IMG/VR virus record: IMGVR_UViG_3300009126_000404 | Coordinates: 96,001-160,000 of that record | Length of the DNA stretch: 64,000 nt | Direction: 5' to 3' (one strand) | Source: a virus | In this document: in pieces, positions 46,946-56,829 of the stretch | Position numbering within the stretch: position 1 is the stretch's first letter | Layout: each line of letters opens with the position of its first letter | Program-made: the position numbers and the translations under genes | Notes under the pieces: model-generated | The model's input: only the letters and a program-made list of their open reading frames with translations | What the model was told of the DNA's origin: nothing | The model's database searches: none

Positions 46946-47563
46946 TCAATTATCAAGTTCTTGAAGGGTTATACAGGTTTCCATAGTTAAACGAAGCATG
47001 TCGCTATATGCTAATTTGAATAACATCATAGTTTCTTCGCTGTTTGTAAATATTGTTGGTGGTTGTGCTAAACGACCAGGTGAACCAAAATATGACCCAT
47101 ATGCAGTTGATACAACTCTGTTATCACCTTTAGGAAAATGTTCATATATCCATTCTACCATACGCCTGCTTTCTTGGGGTGAAGTAGTTCTATCCCAATT
47201 ATGCCATGATGATACTTTATGTTTATACCTATTGAACCATAACTTATCACGTATAACTACTTTCCTATCACGTTTATGTAATAATTCTCTATGTAAATCA
47301 TTTAATGGTTTAGTAATTTCTATTACTTCATACTCACCATTTAAAACACTTTGTATAATTTTATCACTTGATGTATAAAGATTACAATCATATTCATGTT
47401 TACTTCTAAACATTTTTACTACTCTGTAATTTAATCTTCCGCTATCGTTAAATCTCTTATAAGTAAAATGAAAATTACGTGGAATTTTTATTATTCTTAG
47501 ACGTGTATCAAATTCTCTGTAAAATACAGATTCTGTTGGCAATATTTGTGGATTATTCTCCAT
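46946..47563 (-). CDS. hypothetical protein
   Basis: 205-aa ORF coupled to ClpA. Confidence 0.6.
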   Translation of the reverse strand: MENNPQILPTESVFYREFDTRLRIIKIPRNFHFTYKRFNDSGRLNYRVVKMFRSKHEYDCNLYTSSDKIIQSVLNGEYEVIEITKPLNDLHRELLHKRDRKVVIRDKLWFNRYKHKVSSWHNWDRTTSPQESRRMVEWIYEHFPKGDNRVVSTAYGSYFGSPGRLAQPPTIFTNSEETMMLFKLAYSDMLRLTMETCITLQELDN

Positions 47564-49811
47564 TGATTGTTAATCTATCTTGTTTCCAATCAAGATCTAA
47601 TGTATAATCTTTAGGATGATCCAGTAAATATTTTGCTAATGGAAGTTTTACAGATTCGTTAATTAATCTTGCACATGGCCTTGCACCCATTTTAGGATCA
47701 TATCCTTTATCTTCTAGCATTGCTAATAGTTCTGGACCCCACTTAAGAACAATATGTCTACCTTCTACATAAGTCTCAAGTTCGCCTAAAAACTTAACAA
47801 CAATACGTTTCATATCATTTCTTGTTAGTGAATTAAACTTAACTACACCATCTAATCTATTACGAAATTCAGGAGCAAAATAATTCTTAACAGCATCGTC
47901 TACTGCTTTTGCGTTATAAGTTTCTTCGTTAAATCCGATGCTCGTAATTGCGGCATCTCTAGCACCTAAGTTACTAGTCATAATAACAATTGAATTCTTA
48001 GCACTCACTATTTTACCTGTGCTACTTGTAAGTGTTCCTTCATCAAGTAAATTTAGTAATACACCCATTAAATCTGGATGTGCTTTTTCTACTTCGTCTA
48101 ATAATAGTACACAATTTGGATTATCTTCTAATTGATTAATAAGTAAACCATCGCCCGCTTTACCATCACCATGTCCAACATAACCTGGTGGACTACCAAT
48201 TAGTTTTGAAACTGTATGACGTTCTTGGTATTCTGCCATATCGTATCTACACAACTTCATACTCATTGCTTGTGATAAACGTTTAGCAAGTTCTGTTTTA
48301 CCTACACCAGTTGGTCCTGTGAACAAATAACTAGCAATAGGCTTTATAGGATCTTTAAGTCCTGCCATACTAACTGTAATACTGTCTACTACAGAATCAA
48401 TTGCTACTTGTTGTCCAAATACTGTACTTTCTAAAAATTCTCTTACTTCTGCATGTTTAGTAGATGTTTCTTTATCTTCTACTTTTCCTAAATGTTCTTT
48501 TGGAATACCAGTTAGCCTTGCAACCTCTGCCTTAATTTCATCATCACTTAAAATATCTAAACGCTCTTCTGCTGGTAATATTCTATTATATGCACATGCT
48601 CTATCAATAATATCAAATGCTTTGTCTGGAAGTTTTTTATTAAAAAGATATTGATTACTTAAATCAACAGCAAGATCTCCTGCCTCTGGTCTAATAGTGA
48701 CATCATGGTATGCTTCATATCCTACTAATGTATTGGCAATAACTTCTTTGGCGTCTTTTGTGTTGGGCTCATCTATTACAATCTTAGTAAATCTACGTGT
48801 CAGAGCCGCTTCTTTCTCAAATACTTTTCTATATTCTTCATCAGTTGTAGCTCCAATGACTTTTAACTTACCATCATTTAATGCTGGTTTTAACATATTA
48901 CCTGCATCCATAGTACCATTTGTACTACCTGCTCCAATAATTTGGTGAATTTCATCTATAAACAAAATAATATTAGGTTCCTTTATTAATGCATCACTTA
49001 ACACTTTCATGCGTTCTTCAAAATCACCTCTGTATTTTGTACCAGCAACTAACTTAGTCATATCTAATTCCCATATAACCTTATTTTTAATTAAATCTGG
49101 TACATGTCCTTCTACAATAAGTTTTGCTAATCCTTGTACAATAGCTGTCTTACCAACACCACTTCCACCTGTTAATATGCAATTGGACTTTTTCTTACGT
49201 GCTACTGTTTGTACTAAGTCTTTTAATTCTTTTCTACGACCAACTACATCATCATAATCATTATATGATTCATTCATATTTGTACAAAACTGTTTTAGTA
49301 CATCTCTAGGTCTAATCCTATTTTGTTGTCTACGTGGATCAACCTCAGGGCCCATAGGACCAAATATTTGTTCATGCTCTTGTTGATTTGTTTCTTGCAT
49401 CCATTTTATAACTTTATCTTTATTAAGACCCATTTGTTGAGCATACTGTGCCGCTATACTATTTTCTTCACCTAATATGCTTAATACTAAGTCTAATTGA
49501 TTAAGATGCTTTTTACCTTGAAACAATGCTTGTGTTAATGCTCTGTTAAAAACTCTTTCTAACATTTGTGTTTTAAATGGATTGGGTTCTTCTTTGGTAT
49601 TTTTAATTAATTCTTTACATTCTTTTTCTAAATATTCAACAAGTGCAATTTGTAAATTATCAGAATCTGCACCGACCTCAAAACACATTGCAATAACATG
49701 CGGATCATCTAACATAACTGCCGCTAGATGTTCAATAGTTACATATTCATGTTTTAATTTTTTTGCTAAATTTATAGCAGTTATTACAATTTTCTCAATT
49801 TCAGTCATCAC
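47553..49811 (-). CDS. clpA: ClpA-type AAA+ unfoldase
   Basis: HEYVTIEHL N-domain; two Walker A (GGSGVGKT, GPTGVGKT); FIDEIH; LLDEVEKAH. Confidence 0.92.
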   Translation of the reverse strand: MMTEIEKIVITAINLAKKLKHEYVTIEHLAAVMLDDPHVIAMCFEVGADSDNLQIALVEYLEKECKELIKNTKEEPNPFKTQMLERVFNRALTQALFQGKKHLNQLDLVLSILGEENSIAAQYAQQMGLNKDKVIKWMQETNQQEHEQIFGPMGPEVDPRRQQNRIRPRDVLKQFCTNMNESYNDYDDVVGRRKELKDLVQTVARKKKSNCILTGGSGVGKTAIVQGLAKLIVEGHVPDLIKNKVIWELDMTKLVAGTKYRGDFEERMKVLSDALIKEPNIILFIDEIHQIIGAGSTNGTMDAGNMLKPALNDGKLKVIGATTDEEYRKVFEKEAALTRRFTKIVIDEPNTKDAKEVIANTLVGYEAYHDVTIRPEAGDLAVDLSNQYLFNKKLPDKAFDIIDRACAYNRILPAEERLDILSDDEIKAEVARLTGIPKEHLGKVEDKETSTKHAEVREFLESTVFGQQVAIDSVVDSITVSMAGLKDPIKPIASYLFTGPTGVGKTELAKRLSQAMSMKLCRYDMAEYQERHTVSKLIGSPPGYVGHGDGKAGDGLLINQLEDNPNCVLLLDEVEKAHPDLMGVLLNLLDEGTLTSSTGKIVSAKNSIVIMTSNLGARDAAITSIGFNEETYNAKAVDDAVKNYFAPEFRNRLDGVVKFNSLTRNDMKRIVVKFLGELETYVEGRHIVLKWGPELLAMLEDKGYDPKMGARPCARLINESVKLPLAKYLLDHPKDYTLDLDWKQDRLTINGE

Positions 49812-50481
49812 TTTTTAATCTCTTTATAAAGTCTTCCACATCATTGTTATTATTTAAATGTGGTATATCTATCTTTAAATTTATCCTTAAATTGCCTTTT
49901 CTTTTTGTTTTTCTATTATATAATCCGTGGCCTTTAAGTACTACTATAGTACCTGTTTGTGCATCCACAGGAATATCTAATTCACAATGTTCACCTGTTG
50001 GTGTCATTATCATAAATGGAACACGTTTCATTACATCAATAACATTTAATGTTTTATACATTATAATATTATTTCCTTGTCTTGTAAAGACTTTATTCGC
50101 CTTTTCTTTGACATTTATTATATATTTCTTTCCCTTATCAGTTACTTTAAACTTGTCACCTAATAAGACACCTGCTGGAATATTTACTTTTAAATATAAA
50201 TCTTCACCTTCAATTGCTATATAATCATTAACACCATTTATCTGTTGTTCAATAGTTAGAGCTACATCTATCATTTTAGTGTTTGTTGTTTTAACTATAG
50301 GAATGAGTTTCTTTTTAGTTATTGCTTCATATGCATCACTAATCGCTAACCACTCAGCAATAGTTCCACCTTTGTCAGGGTGGTTTTTTAAAGCTAACCT
50401 TTTGTATGCTAATTTGGTCTCTTTTAATGTAGCACCTGGTTTTAGACCAAGGATAAACCAAGGGTTATTTAACTTCTTCAT
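49801..50481 (-). CDS. DnaJ/CbpA-type co-chaperone (start revised to 50481)
   Basis: J-domain with HPD (NHPDKGG); C-terminal LKGHGL...KGNLRI; no Zn finger. Confidence 0.88.
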   Translation of the reverse strand: MKKLNNPWFILGLKPGATLKETKLAYKRLALKNHPDKGGTIAEWLAISDAYEAITKKKLIPIVKTTNTKMIDVALTIEQQINGVNDYIAIEGEDLYLKVNIPAGVLLGDKFKVTDKGKKYIINVKEKANKVFTRQGNNIIMYKTLNVIDVMKRVPFMIMTPTGEHCELDIPVDAQTGTIVVLKGHGLYNRKTKRKGNLRINLKIDIPHLNNNNDVEDFIKRLKSDD

Positions 50482-50526
50482 CGTAGTATTTATTGGCATG
50501 ACGAAGTGGGTTAAACGCTAGTGTTT

Positions 50527-50997
50527 TTAAAATAAGGTTGTTTTTTTAGTCTTGTTATCATCAGAAGACTTATTATCATTTAACCATTTATTAAAGAATC
50601 CATCTTTTTTAATTTCCATTTTCTTTTCAGTTTTATTATAATCGTCAATGCTTTTTTCTGTTTGCTCGTAGTATTCTTTGTATGCTTCAATTACGGCTTT
50701 TTGTTGTGATAATAATTTTATTACATCCGCCATATTTAATGAAAGGGCTTCATACCCTTCTGTGGTTAATGCATATATAACAATAGGCTCGCCTGTTTCT
50801 TCTAATTGTTTCCACAAAACTTCTACGTTATCTTCTGTAATGATTTCCCAATCAGCATTTCTTAGTTCTAATTCACTTGTATCAGGTAATACTAATGCTG
50901 GTCGTTCTACTGGTTCTGATTTGTATGTTACTACGTCTGGCATAGATGCACATCCAGTTAAGGCTAATACACCTATTAATAATGTTTCTTTAATCAT
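50527..50997 (-). CDS. putative o-spanin lipoprotein
   Basis: Lipobox LALTGC; directly after a TM plus coiled-coil gene. Confidence 0.65.
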   Translation of the reverse strand: MIKETLLIGVLALTGCASMPDVVTYKSEPVERPALVLPDTSELELRNADWEIITEDNVEVLWKQLEETGEPIVIYALTTEGYEALSLNMADVIKLLSQQKAVIEAYKEYYEQTEKSIDDYNKTEKKMEIKKDGFFNKWLNDNKSSDDNKTKKTTLF

Positions 50998-51467
50998 GGC
51001 TTGTAATTTGGGTTAGCAAGTCCAGGACATTCGTTGTTGGCTTTTGATTTCTTTGTGACATTTAATTCTTCCTCCGTTAATTCAGCTCCACTTAGTATCT
51101 CTATACATCTCATTACATTTGCACCGGCTTTGTCAATTATTTTTTCAACTAATCCAGGCTTTGCTTGTGCAAGTTGTCCTAAGTCATGTTTGCTTAACTT
51201 CTTCTCTAACGTATCAACACGTGATTGAGCTTCGGCAAACTCTTTGCTTACTTCATTAAATTGTTTTTGTACTTGTTCTAAATCCTGCTTTATGGCTTCC
51301 ATTGCGGCATCGCTTTCTTTAGCCGCTTGTTCTGCCTGTGCCGCATTTGTTGCGTATATAAGAATTTGTTGTTGTGTGTATTGGTAATATTTCCATGCAC
51401 CAAATCCTAGAACGCCAAATATGACGGTCATGATTAGAAGCATTTTGATTTTTCCTAATAAAAACAT
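50994..51467 (-). CDS. putative i-spanin
   Basis: N-terminal TM, long coiled coil, C-terminal Cys residues. Confidence 0.65.
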   Translation of the reverse strand: MFLLGKIKMLLIMTVIFGVLGFGAWKYYQYTQQQILIYATNAAQAEQAAKESDAAMEAIKQDLEQVQKQFNEVSKEFAEAQSRVDTLEKKLSKHDLGQLAQAKPGLVEKIIDKAGANVMRCIEILSGAELTEEELNVTKKSKANNECPGLANPNYKP

Positions 51468-51471
51468 TTTA

Positions 51472-51939
51472 TTAATATTTGTTTAAAAATTTGATTCTTT
51501 CTGTTATTGCGTGGGCTTCGGGATTAGTAGCAATTGTATAATCGTAACTACTAGAATGTACACTTGCTTCAAAGTTTTCTTTATTCCACTCTGTTGGCAT
51601 ATCACTCTTGTATGCATTAAATTTAAAACTTTTTGCTGATTCGTCTACACGAGTTATATCATTTAATATGCTATCGATAGCTTCAAATAATTTACTATTT
51701 CTTTCTAACTCGACATATACTTTATAATTTCCGTTTTTATCTGGCCCAGGAGATACATCTACGTCTATAGTATCGTGGCCTGTTTCTATAAATTGGCTTA
51801 GGTCTTTTGCTGGATCAACATCTTTAACATCAAAAGCAACAACGACAATATTTTTATCATCGCCTATTTTACTTTTGTATTGATCCACACTAAATGTTGT
51901 TTCTATTAAATTTATTAAATCGTTATTTTGTATACTCAT
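51472..51939 (-). CDS. hypothetical phage protein
   Basis: 155-aa ORF in coupled run. Confidence 0.7.
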   Translation of the reverse strand: MSIQNNDLINLIETTFSVDQYKSKIGDDKNIVVVAFDVKDVDPAKDLSQFIETGHDTIDVDVSPGPDKNGNYKVYVELERNSKLFEAIDSILNDITRVDESAKSFKFNAYKSDMPTEWNKENFEASVHSSSYDYTIATNPEAHAITERIKFLNKY

Positions 51940-51940
51940 A

Positions 51941-52480
51941 TTATTCTAGTCCTAATGTATCGGCTGGTGCATTATCAGATGCTATCTCATCCGTATATGC
52001 TTGTTCTACAGCATCACTATTAATATCTTGATCATCAACACGTAATTTACTAGACTCTACATCATCTAAGTATTTTCTAGGCATTACCAATGTTACTAAC
52101 CATACAGGCTTAATAACCTTCTTAGCACGTGTTTGCCCTGGTCGCCTACCATCTGCATTATCTTGTCCTTCACTATCATCTGGACTTCTTAATTTAGCGG
52201 CTGTAACATAATCATCTTCTGCAAAATATACTTTACAACCATGTTTTGTTAATCTCATTGCACCTTCTGGATCTGGCATTAATTTTTTAGGATACATTAA
52301 TGTAACAGTAACCCAATATCTATCAATCTTAGGTCCTTCTACTATTTCACCTTCTATCCAATTCTTATATGCATATATATTAGCCGTATCCAAAACACGT
52401 TCTATATCCATAAGAGTTTCTAATGCACTATCTCTATTAGTATTTGCTTTTAAATTATCTAAAATGTTAAGTTGATCCAT
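51941..52480 (-). CDS. hypothetical phage protein
   Basis: AAGGA SD; 179 aa. Confidence 0.7.
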   Translation of the reverse strand: MDQLNILDNLKANTNRDSALETLMDIERVLDTANIYAYKNWIEGEIVEGPKIDRYWVTVTLMYPKKLMPDPEGAMRLTKHGCKVYFAEDDYVTAAKLRSPDDSEGQDNADGRRPGQTRAKKVIKPVWLVTLVMPRKYLDDVESSKLRVDDQDINSDAVEQAYTDEIASDNAPADTLGLE

Positions 52481-52491
52481 TGTATATTCCT

Positions 52492-52746
52492 TTAATAATT
52501 ATATCCTGATGATGAATTGTTATTTCTTAGTTGTTCAAATAAATCTTCATGCTGTTCGATAATCTCTTCATCTTTATCTTGCATATTGTCTATTTGGTCT
52601 TGTATTTTTTCAACGGCTCTTTCTAATTTATCAACTTTATCATCAATAACTGCTTGAGTAGTTGATAAACTAAAGGTTTGAGTTAGATTCCAACCGCCTA
52701 ACGCAATTAAAATACCTATCAATAACATTATTATCTGGTCTTTCAT
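52492..52746 (-). CDS. TM plus coiled-coil protein (start revised to 52746)
   Basis: MKDQIIMLLIGILIALGGW; ATAAATA-N5-ATG. Confidence 0.65.
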   Translation of the reverse strand: MKDQIIMLLIGILIALGGWNLTQTFSLSTTQAVIDDKVDKLERAVEKIQDQIDNMQDKDEEIIEQHEDLFEQLRNNNSSSGYNY

Positions 52747-52789
52747 ATACTTATTTATGACATTTAGTATAACTGTCAATAGATAAATG

Positions 52790-53131
52790 TTAGGTACTTG
52801 TTTCTGATACTTGATTAAGGGTGTATTTTGGTATCTCAATCACTAAATCTTCATCTAATATAACAGTTTGGCAGGAAAGTCTTGAATCAGGGTCAAGCCC
52901 CCAAGCCTTGTCTAAAAGATCATCTTCAAGTTCATCTGATTCTTCAACACTATCTAAACCTTTGCGAACATAAACATGACATGTCGTACACGCACAAGCC
53001 ATTTCACAAGCATGTTCGATATTAATATTATTGGCTAGTAAGGCTCTACAAACACTAGTTCCAGAATCTGCTTCAATAACTTTTCCCTCTGGACAAAACT
53101 CTATATTGGGTAAAACAGTTATTTTTGGCAT
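52790..53131 (-). CDS. fdx: ISC-type [2Fe-2S] ferredoxin
   Basis: HACEMACACTTCHVYV...SRLSCQ. Confidence 0.92.
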   Translation of the reverse strand: MPKITVLPNIEFCPEGKVIEADSGTSVCRALLANNINIEHACEMACACTTCHVYVRKGLDSVEESDELEDDLLDKAWGLDPDSRLSCQTVILDEDLVIEIPKYTLNQVSETST

Positions 53132-53733
53132 TTATTGTTTACAATAATATCAACAATTCCAGACCAATCGTTTGCCCTTTGAATACCGTTAGTTAATTCT
53201 TCATTCTCATTATGATTGTGTGTTAAAAGTATAGATTTTAATCCTATTCTTGCTCCATCTTCAGCATTTTCTAGTTTATCTTCTATCCAATATGTTTCAC
53301 TACCTACATATTCTGCTAATGCCTTATCTTTATGAGAACCTGTATCTAAACAAATTATTTCTTTAAATGTACCTTTCCCAAATATATTTTCTAAATTATA
53401 TCTTCTTAATCTTATTGATTTTTTATCTAAACTTAAACTAGTTATACAATGAAACCTATATCCGTGTTCATATAGTTTTGCTACACCACTTCTAGCATCT
53501 CTATATGCTTTTAAATAACCAATCCATGCACTTTCGTTAAAAATTTTAATTAGTTCTTTACCTACAGGCTTTTCCATTCCATACTGTTCACAAATATCAT
53601 ACATTCCATGTGCAACAAGAACATGACCATGCGATTCCATCCACTTGTGGAAGGCAGTTTCCCAATCAAGCAATACACCATCACAGTCTGTTAGTATTAT
53701 TTTATCAGACATTTTTATCTTTTTATCTATCAT
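53119..53733 (-). CDS. HAD-family phosphatase/nucleotidase
   Basis: LTDCDGVLLDW; WIEDKLEN. Confidence 0.75.
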   Translation of the reverse strand: MIDKKIKMSDKIILTDCDGVLLDWETAFHKWMESHGHVLVAHGMYDICEQYGMEKPVGKELIKIFNESAWIGYLKAYRDARSGVAKLYEHGYRFHCITSLSLDKKSIRLRRYNLENIFGKGTFKEIICLDTGSHKDKALAEYVGSETYWIEDKLENAEDGARIGLKSILLTHNHNENEELTNGIQRANDWSGIVDIIVNNKCQK

Positions 53734-54041
53734 AGTTTAGGCATGTCTAGTAAATCTGCAAATTCTTTATGTTCCTTAGTGTCATACACACTCTTTCCTG
53801 GCCATCCACCAAATACACCAGTTTCCAAACTATTTTTAATCCATTGTAAATGTATATCATTGTCTAGTGCTTCTTTTCTTTTAATTTTATGTAAATGTTC
53901 TGGTTCTATATTGTGCAGAGTAGTCATATCAAACATTTTAATATTAGGCATAAATTTCATTTTAACTAACATAGCTTCAGCATCATCTAATACAACGCAA
54001 TCATGATAATCATTAATAATTATACTCCAAACTTTTTTCAT
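53730..54041 (-). CDS. hypothetical protein
   Basis: 103-aa ORF in coupled run. Confidence 0.6.
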   Translation of the reverse strand: MKKVWSIIINDYHDCVVLDDAEAMLVKMKFMPNIKMFDMTTLHNIEPEHLHKIKRKEALDNDIHLQWIKNSLETGVFGGWPGKSVYDTKEHKEFADLLDMPKL

Positions 54042-54481
54042 TAACGTCTCATTCTTGCAATTTCTACTGCCTCTTCTTTGTTATCTTCAAAAATAGGAAC
54101 CATATTACTTTTATGCATTGTAGCAATCCCAAGTAATCTACGTTTACCAGTATATTTCATAGGTTCTTTACGTGTAGCAGTTCCACTAATATTATTACTA
54201 ACACTTGGATATTGCTTAGTTTCTCTTACTTTTGGGGGTTGGTATGGGTTTCTATTTACTAATTGTTTTTCTGGTGCTTTATAGTCACCATTAATGTATT
54301 CTATATAATCTTCAAACTTATCAAACTGTGCCGCGTGTATATGACGTTTACGACAATTTTTATTATGCTGTTTCCATTGTACTCTTAATTGCTCTTGTCT
54401 CTCCACAGTCATGTGTTTTTGTTTCCTTTTACGGCTATATTGTGTTGTGGTCATCCAAGGACCTACTAGATGCATTGACAT
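54041..54481 (-). CDS. hypothetical early phage protein
   Basis: GIATMHKSNMVPIF motif; TTGACA-17-TATTCT promoter at 54488-54516. Confidence 0.7.
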   Translation of the reverse strand: MSMHLVGPWMTTTQYSRKRKQKHMTVERQEQLRVQWKQHNKNCRKRHIHAAQFDKFEDYIEYINGDYKAPEKQLVNRNPYQPPKVRETKQYPSVSNNISGTATRKEPMKYTGKRRLLGIATMHKSNMVPIFEDNKEEAVEIARMRR

Positions 54482-54505
54482 ATGTATAGAATAACAGAAA
54501 ATATG

Positions 54506-55744
54506 TTATTTGTCAACCAAGTTAGAGCCGTAAACTAGTTCACCTAATTTCTCATTATAGTCATACAAATACATTCCTCTAAACTTATCTTGCTCTTTAG
54601 TAATATTTTTAAAAGATTGTAAATGAGAATCCGATGCATTTATTGCCCGTCTCATGTCCGGCAATGATTCTATAAGAAATCTAGTTTCCTTAGTTGAGGC
54701 ATATTTTGCCTCAAGTTTATCACATATAGCATATGCTTCTTTTTTAAAATTATCTGGTAAGTTTCCTACTCTAAAATAACTTGGAAATACAAGCAATCGT
54801 ATATTACTCTCCATTTCGTGATCAGCTATAAAGTCTACAAAGTCAAGCATATTATCATAGTTAAATATTTGATAACTACTATTAATTTGAACTTTGAACC
54901 AATCTTTGTTAATTGCTTGATATAAGTACAGCTTTTTACATGTTTCTTCCATTTGGCTCCATGTAAACACTCCATTGCTTCTCATATATTCAAACATAGA
55001 GCCAACAGCATCAATACTAATATCTAAAACAAGTCTTTTAAGTTTATTAAACTTATCTAGTTTCTCAAAATCTAATTTTGATCCATTTGTTGTGATAACT
55101 ATTTTAACTTTTTCTGGATGCCCGTATTCTTCAATAAGTTCCATTAACTTATATGGGCTGTCGTCCATAAACGGTTCGCCACCTGTCATCCATATTTGTC
55201 TTATACCATCAAGTACACTTGGATTTGCTTCTAAATATTCATTAATATTATTAAAATTTTTCTGATGTTGCTCTGGGACTTTTTTATATTCTTCAGGAAA
55301 CAATGGATACATATGTTTCGCTTCAGGAATTAGACTGTTACTGTAGTTTGCACTACACATCCTGCATTTAAAATTACATACGTTACTAAAGTTAACAAAC
55401 AGATGACTTATATTATTTCCACGTAACTTTGGATTAGTATATGGTTCTGGATGGCCTAATGTGTCCATCATACTTTGTCCTAACCAATGTATTCTTTGAC
55501 TCTTAGTACCAATTTTTTCTTTTTGCAAACAATGACTACAACCTTGTGTGTCCCATTCCCCATCAAGCATTTGCTGTCTAAGTGCGACCATTTTATCACT
55601 TTCGTGACTGGCTCCCATGTCATCATCACTCATCATACATCTGCTCACAACTCCAGATGGATGCCAACTTATTGTATTAAAAGGTATTGGGCACCAACTT
55701 TTACTGTGTAAGTTCTTCCACGTACTGTCTTCTTTGAATTTAAT
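54506..55744 (-). CDS. radical SAM protein with twitch/SPASM-like domain; probable ATT start
   Basis: CNFKCRMC, GGEP; the domain's WCPIPF lies in frame upstream of the track GTG (55648); AGGAG-7 nt-ATT. Confidence 0.85.
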   Translation of the reverse strand: MKFKEDSTWKNLHSKSWCPIPFNTISWHPSGVVSRCMMSDDDMGASHESDKMVALRQQMLDGEWDTQGCSHCLQKEKIGTKSQRIHWLGQSMMDTLGHPEPYTNPKLRGNNISHLFVNFSNVCNFKCRMCSANYSNSLIPEAKHMYPLFPEEYKKVPEQHQKNFNNINEYLEANPSVLDGIRQIWMTGGEPFMDDSPYKLMELIEEYGHPEKVKIVITTNGSKLDFEKLDKFNKLKRLVLDISIDAVGSMFEYMRSNGVFTWSQMEETCKKLYLYQAINKDWFKVQINSSYQIFNYDNMLDFVDFIADHEMESNIRLLVFPSYFRVGNLPDNFKKEAYAICDKLEAKYASTKETRFLIESLPDMRRAINASDSHLQSFKNITKEQDKFRGMYLYDYNEKLGELVYGSNLVDK

Positions 55745-55754
55745 GCCTATTCTC

Positions 55755-56207
55755 CTACATTAATTCAAAGTGTGGTGCGTCTATAAAAGGCCTACGACCT
55801 TGTGATCTACGAAGATCGATATATTCATTCATGGCTTCAGCCATAGTTCCATCAAACTCCCTAATATCACCAACACTCCAAGCCGCTCCCCATTTGACTG
55901 CAACGTCATATTCAAGAGCCGCTTTTTTTATAGAATCAGCCACATCATCATAAAGATTTAATTCCCATGATATTGACGGGCCTACAAAAGCCACAAGATC
56001 TACAGCACGACCTTCAAGGTGTTTTGACTTTAATGTTTGAGATTTACCTGCTTCAACATATTTCTTTTGTGTTTCTAATGTTCTTACTCCCTCAATAACA
56101 CCAAAGTCAACTCGTGTAAGTTCTATTGCTTTTTTTACTACTTGAATCAAATTGGGGTCAACACCTTCCAATCTAGATTCACTTCTATTACTTAATTTAA
56201 AAGCCAT
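55755..56207 (-). CDS. M15-family L-Ala-D-Glu peptidase (endolysin)
   Basis: RTLETQ...SKHLEGRAVD...DAPHFEL. Confidence 0.88.
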   Translation of the reverse strand: MAFKLSNRSESRLEGVDPNLIQVVKKAIELTRVDFGVIEGVRTLETQKKYVEAGKSQTLKSKHLEGRAVDLVAFVGPSISWELNLYDDVADSIKKAALEYDVAVKWGAAWSVGDIREFDGTMAEAMNEYIDLRRSQGRRPFIDAPHFELM

Positions 56208-56212
56208 TATTT

Positions 56213-56368
56213 TTATTCACTTTTCATTAGTGTCCAGACACCGTATGCCATTAGTGCCCAAGCAATTGGGGTTACTGGTGCAATCCACATAAGTAGGCCA
56301 GCACCTATTAGTGCTACGCCATCCCATGATGTACGTTCAGTTAGTCTGTCTTTAATCCAATCAATCAT
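56213..56368 (-). CDS. 51-aa two-TM holin candidate (absent from track)
   Basis: MIDWIKDRLTERTSWDGVALIGAGLLMWIAPVTPIAWALMAYGVWTLMKSE; AAGGAG SD; directly upstream of endolysin. Confidence 0.65.
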   Translation of the reverse strand: MIDWIKDRLTERTSWDGVALIGAGLLMWIAPVTPIAWALMAYGVWTLMKSE

Positions 56369-56392
56369 ATTGATCTCCTTTTCTGTAATCTA

Positions 56393-56429
56393 GCGCCTTA
56401 ACAATGTATATATTACAATCTTAAGGCGC
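56393..56429 (-). terminator. hairpin after membrane-protein gene
   Basis: GCGCCTTAA...TTAAGGCGC; weak U-tail. Confidence 0.45.
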
Positions 56430-56457
56430 CAGTAATTTTAGTAAAATGGATTGTAGT

Positions 56458-56679
56458 CTACTTCTTTACAAGAAGTGCCCATAAAATGCCCACCGTGATT
56501 AGGCCGATAATGCCTTGTGATCCCAGGTCAGCAATAATAGCCGAGATGTTATTAATAACACCTAAAGATAGAAATGGCACGGTAGAACCGAATACCACTT
56601 CTAGGGCTATGCTTAGTCCGATTAGACTAATTGCAACTGTTTGTACAGAAGCAATAGTATCAGTAATAGTTTTAAACAT
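56458..56679 (-). CDS. small membrane protein (paralogue of 10851..11072; start revised to 56679)
   Basis: MFKTITD...VVFGSTVPFL...LGSQGIIGLI. Confidence 0.75.
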   Translation of the reverse strand: MFKTITDTIASVQTVAISLIGLSIALEVVFGSTVPFLSLGVINNISAIIADLGSQGIIGLITVGILWALLVKK

Positions 56680-56829
56680 ATATATGTTCCCTTTCACTGT
56701 CATAGCAAAATATGAAAGTCAATCTAAAACCATTCAGATGACTGCTACTCATTTCACTATACTGTATTTAGTGTATACTAGAAATTCATTTATGTCAAGA
56801 ATTAATTGCACCACTATATACAGTACCTT

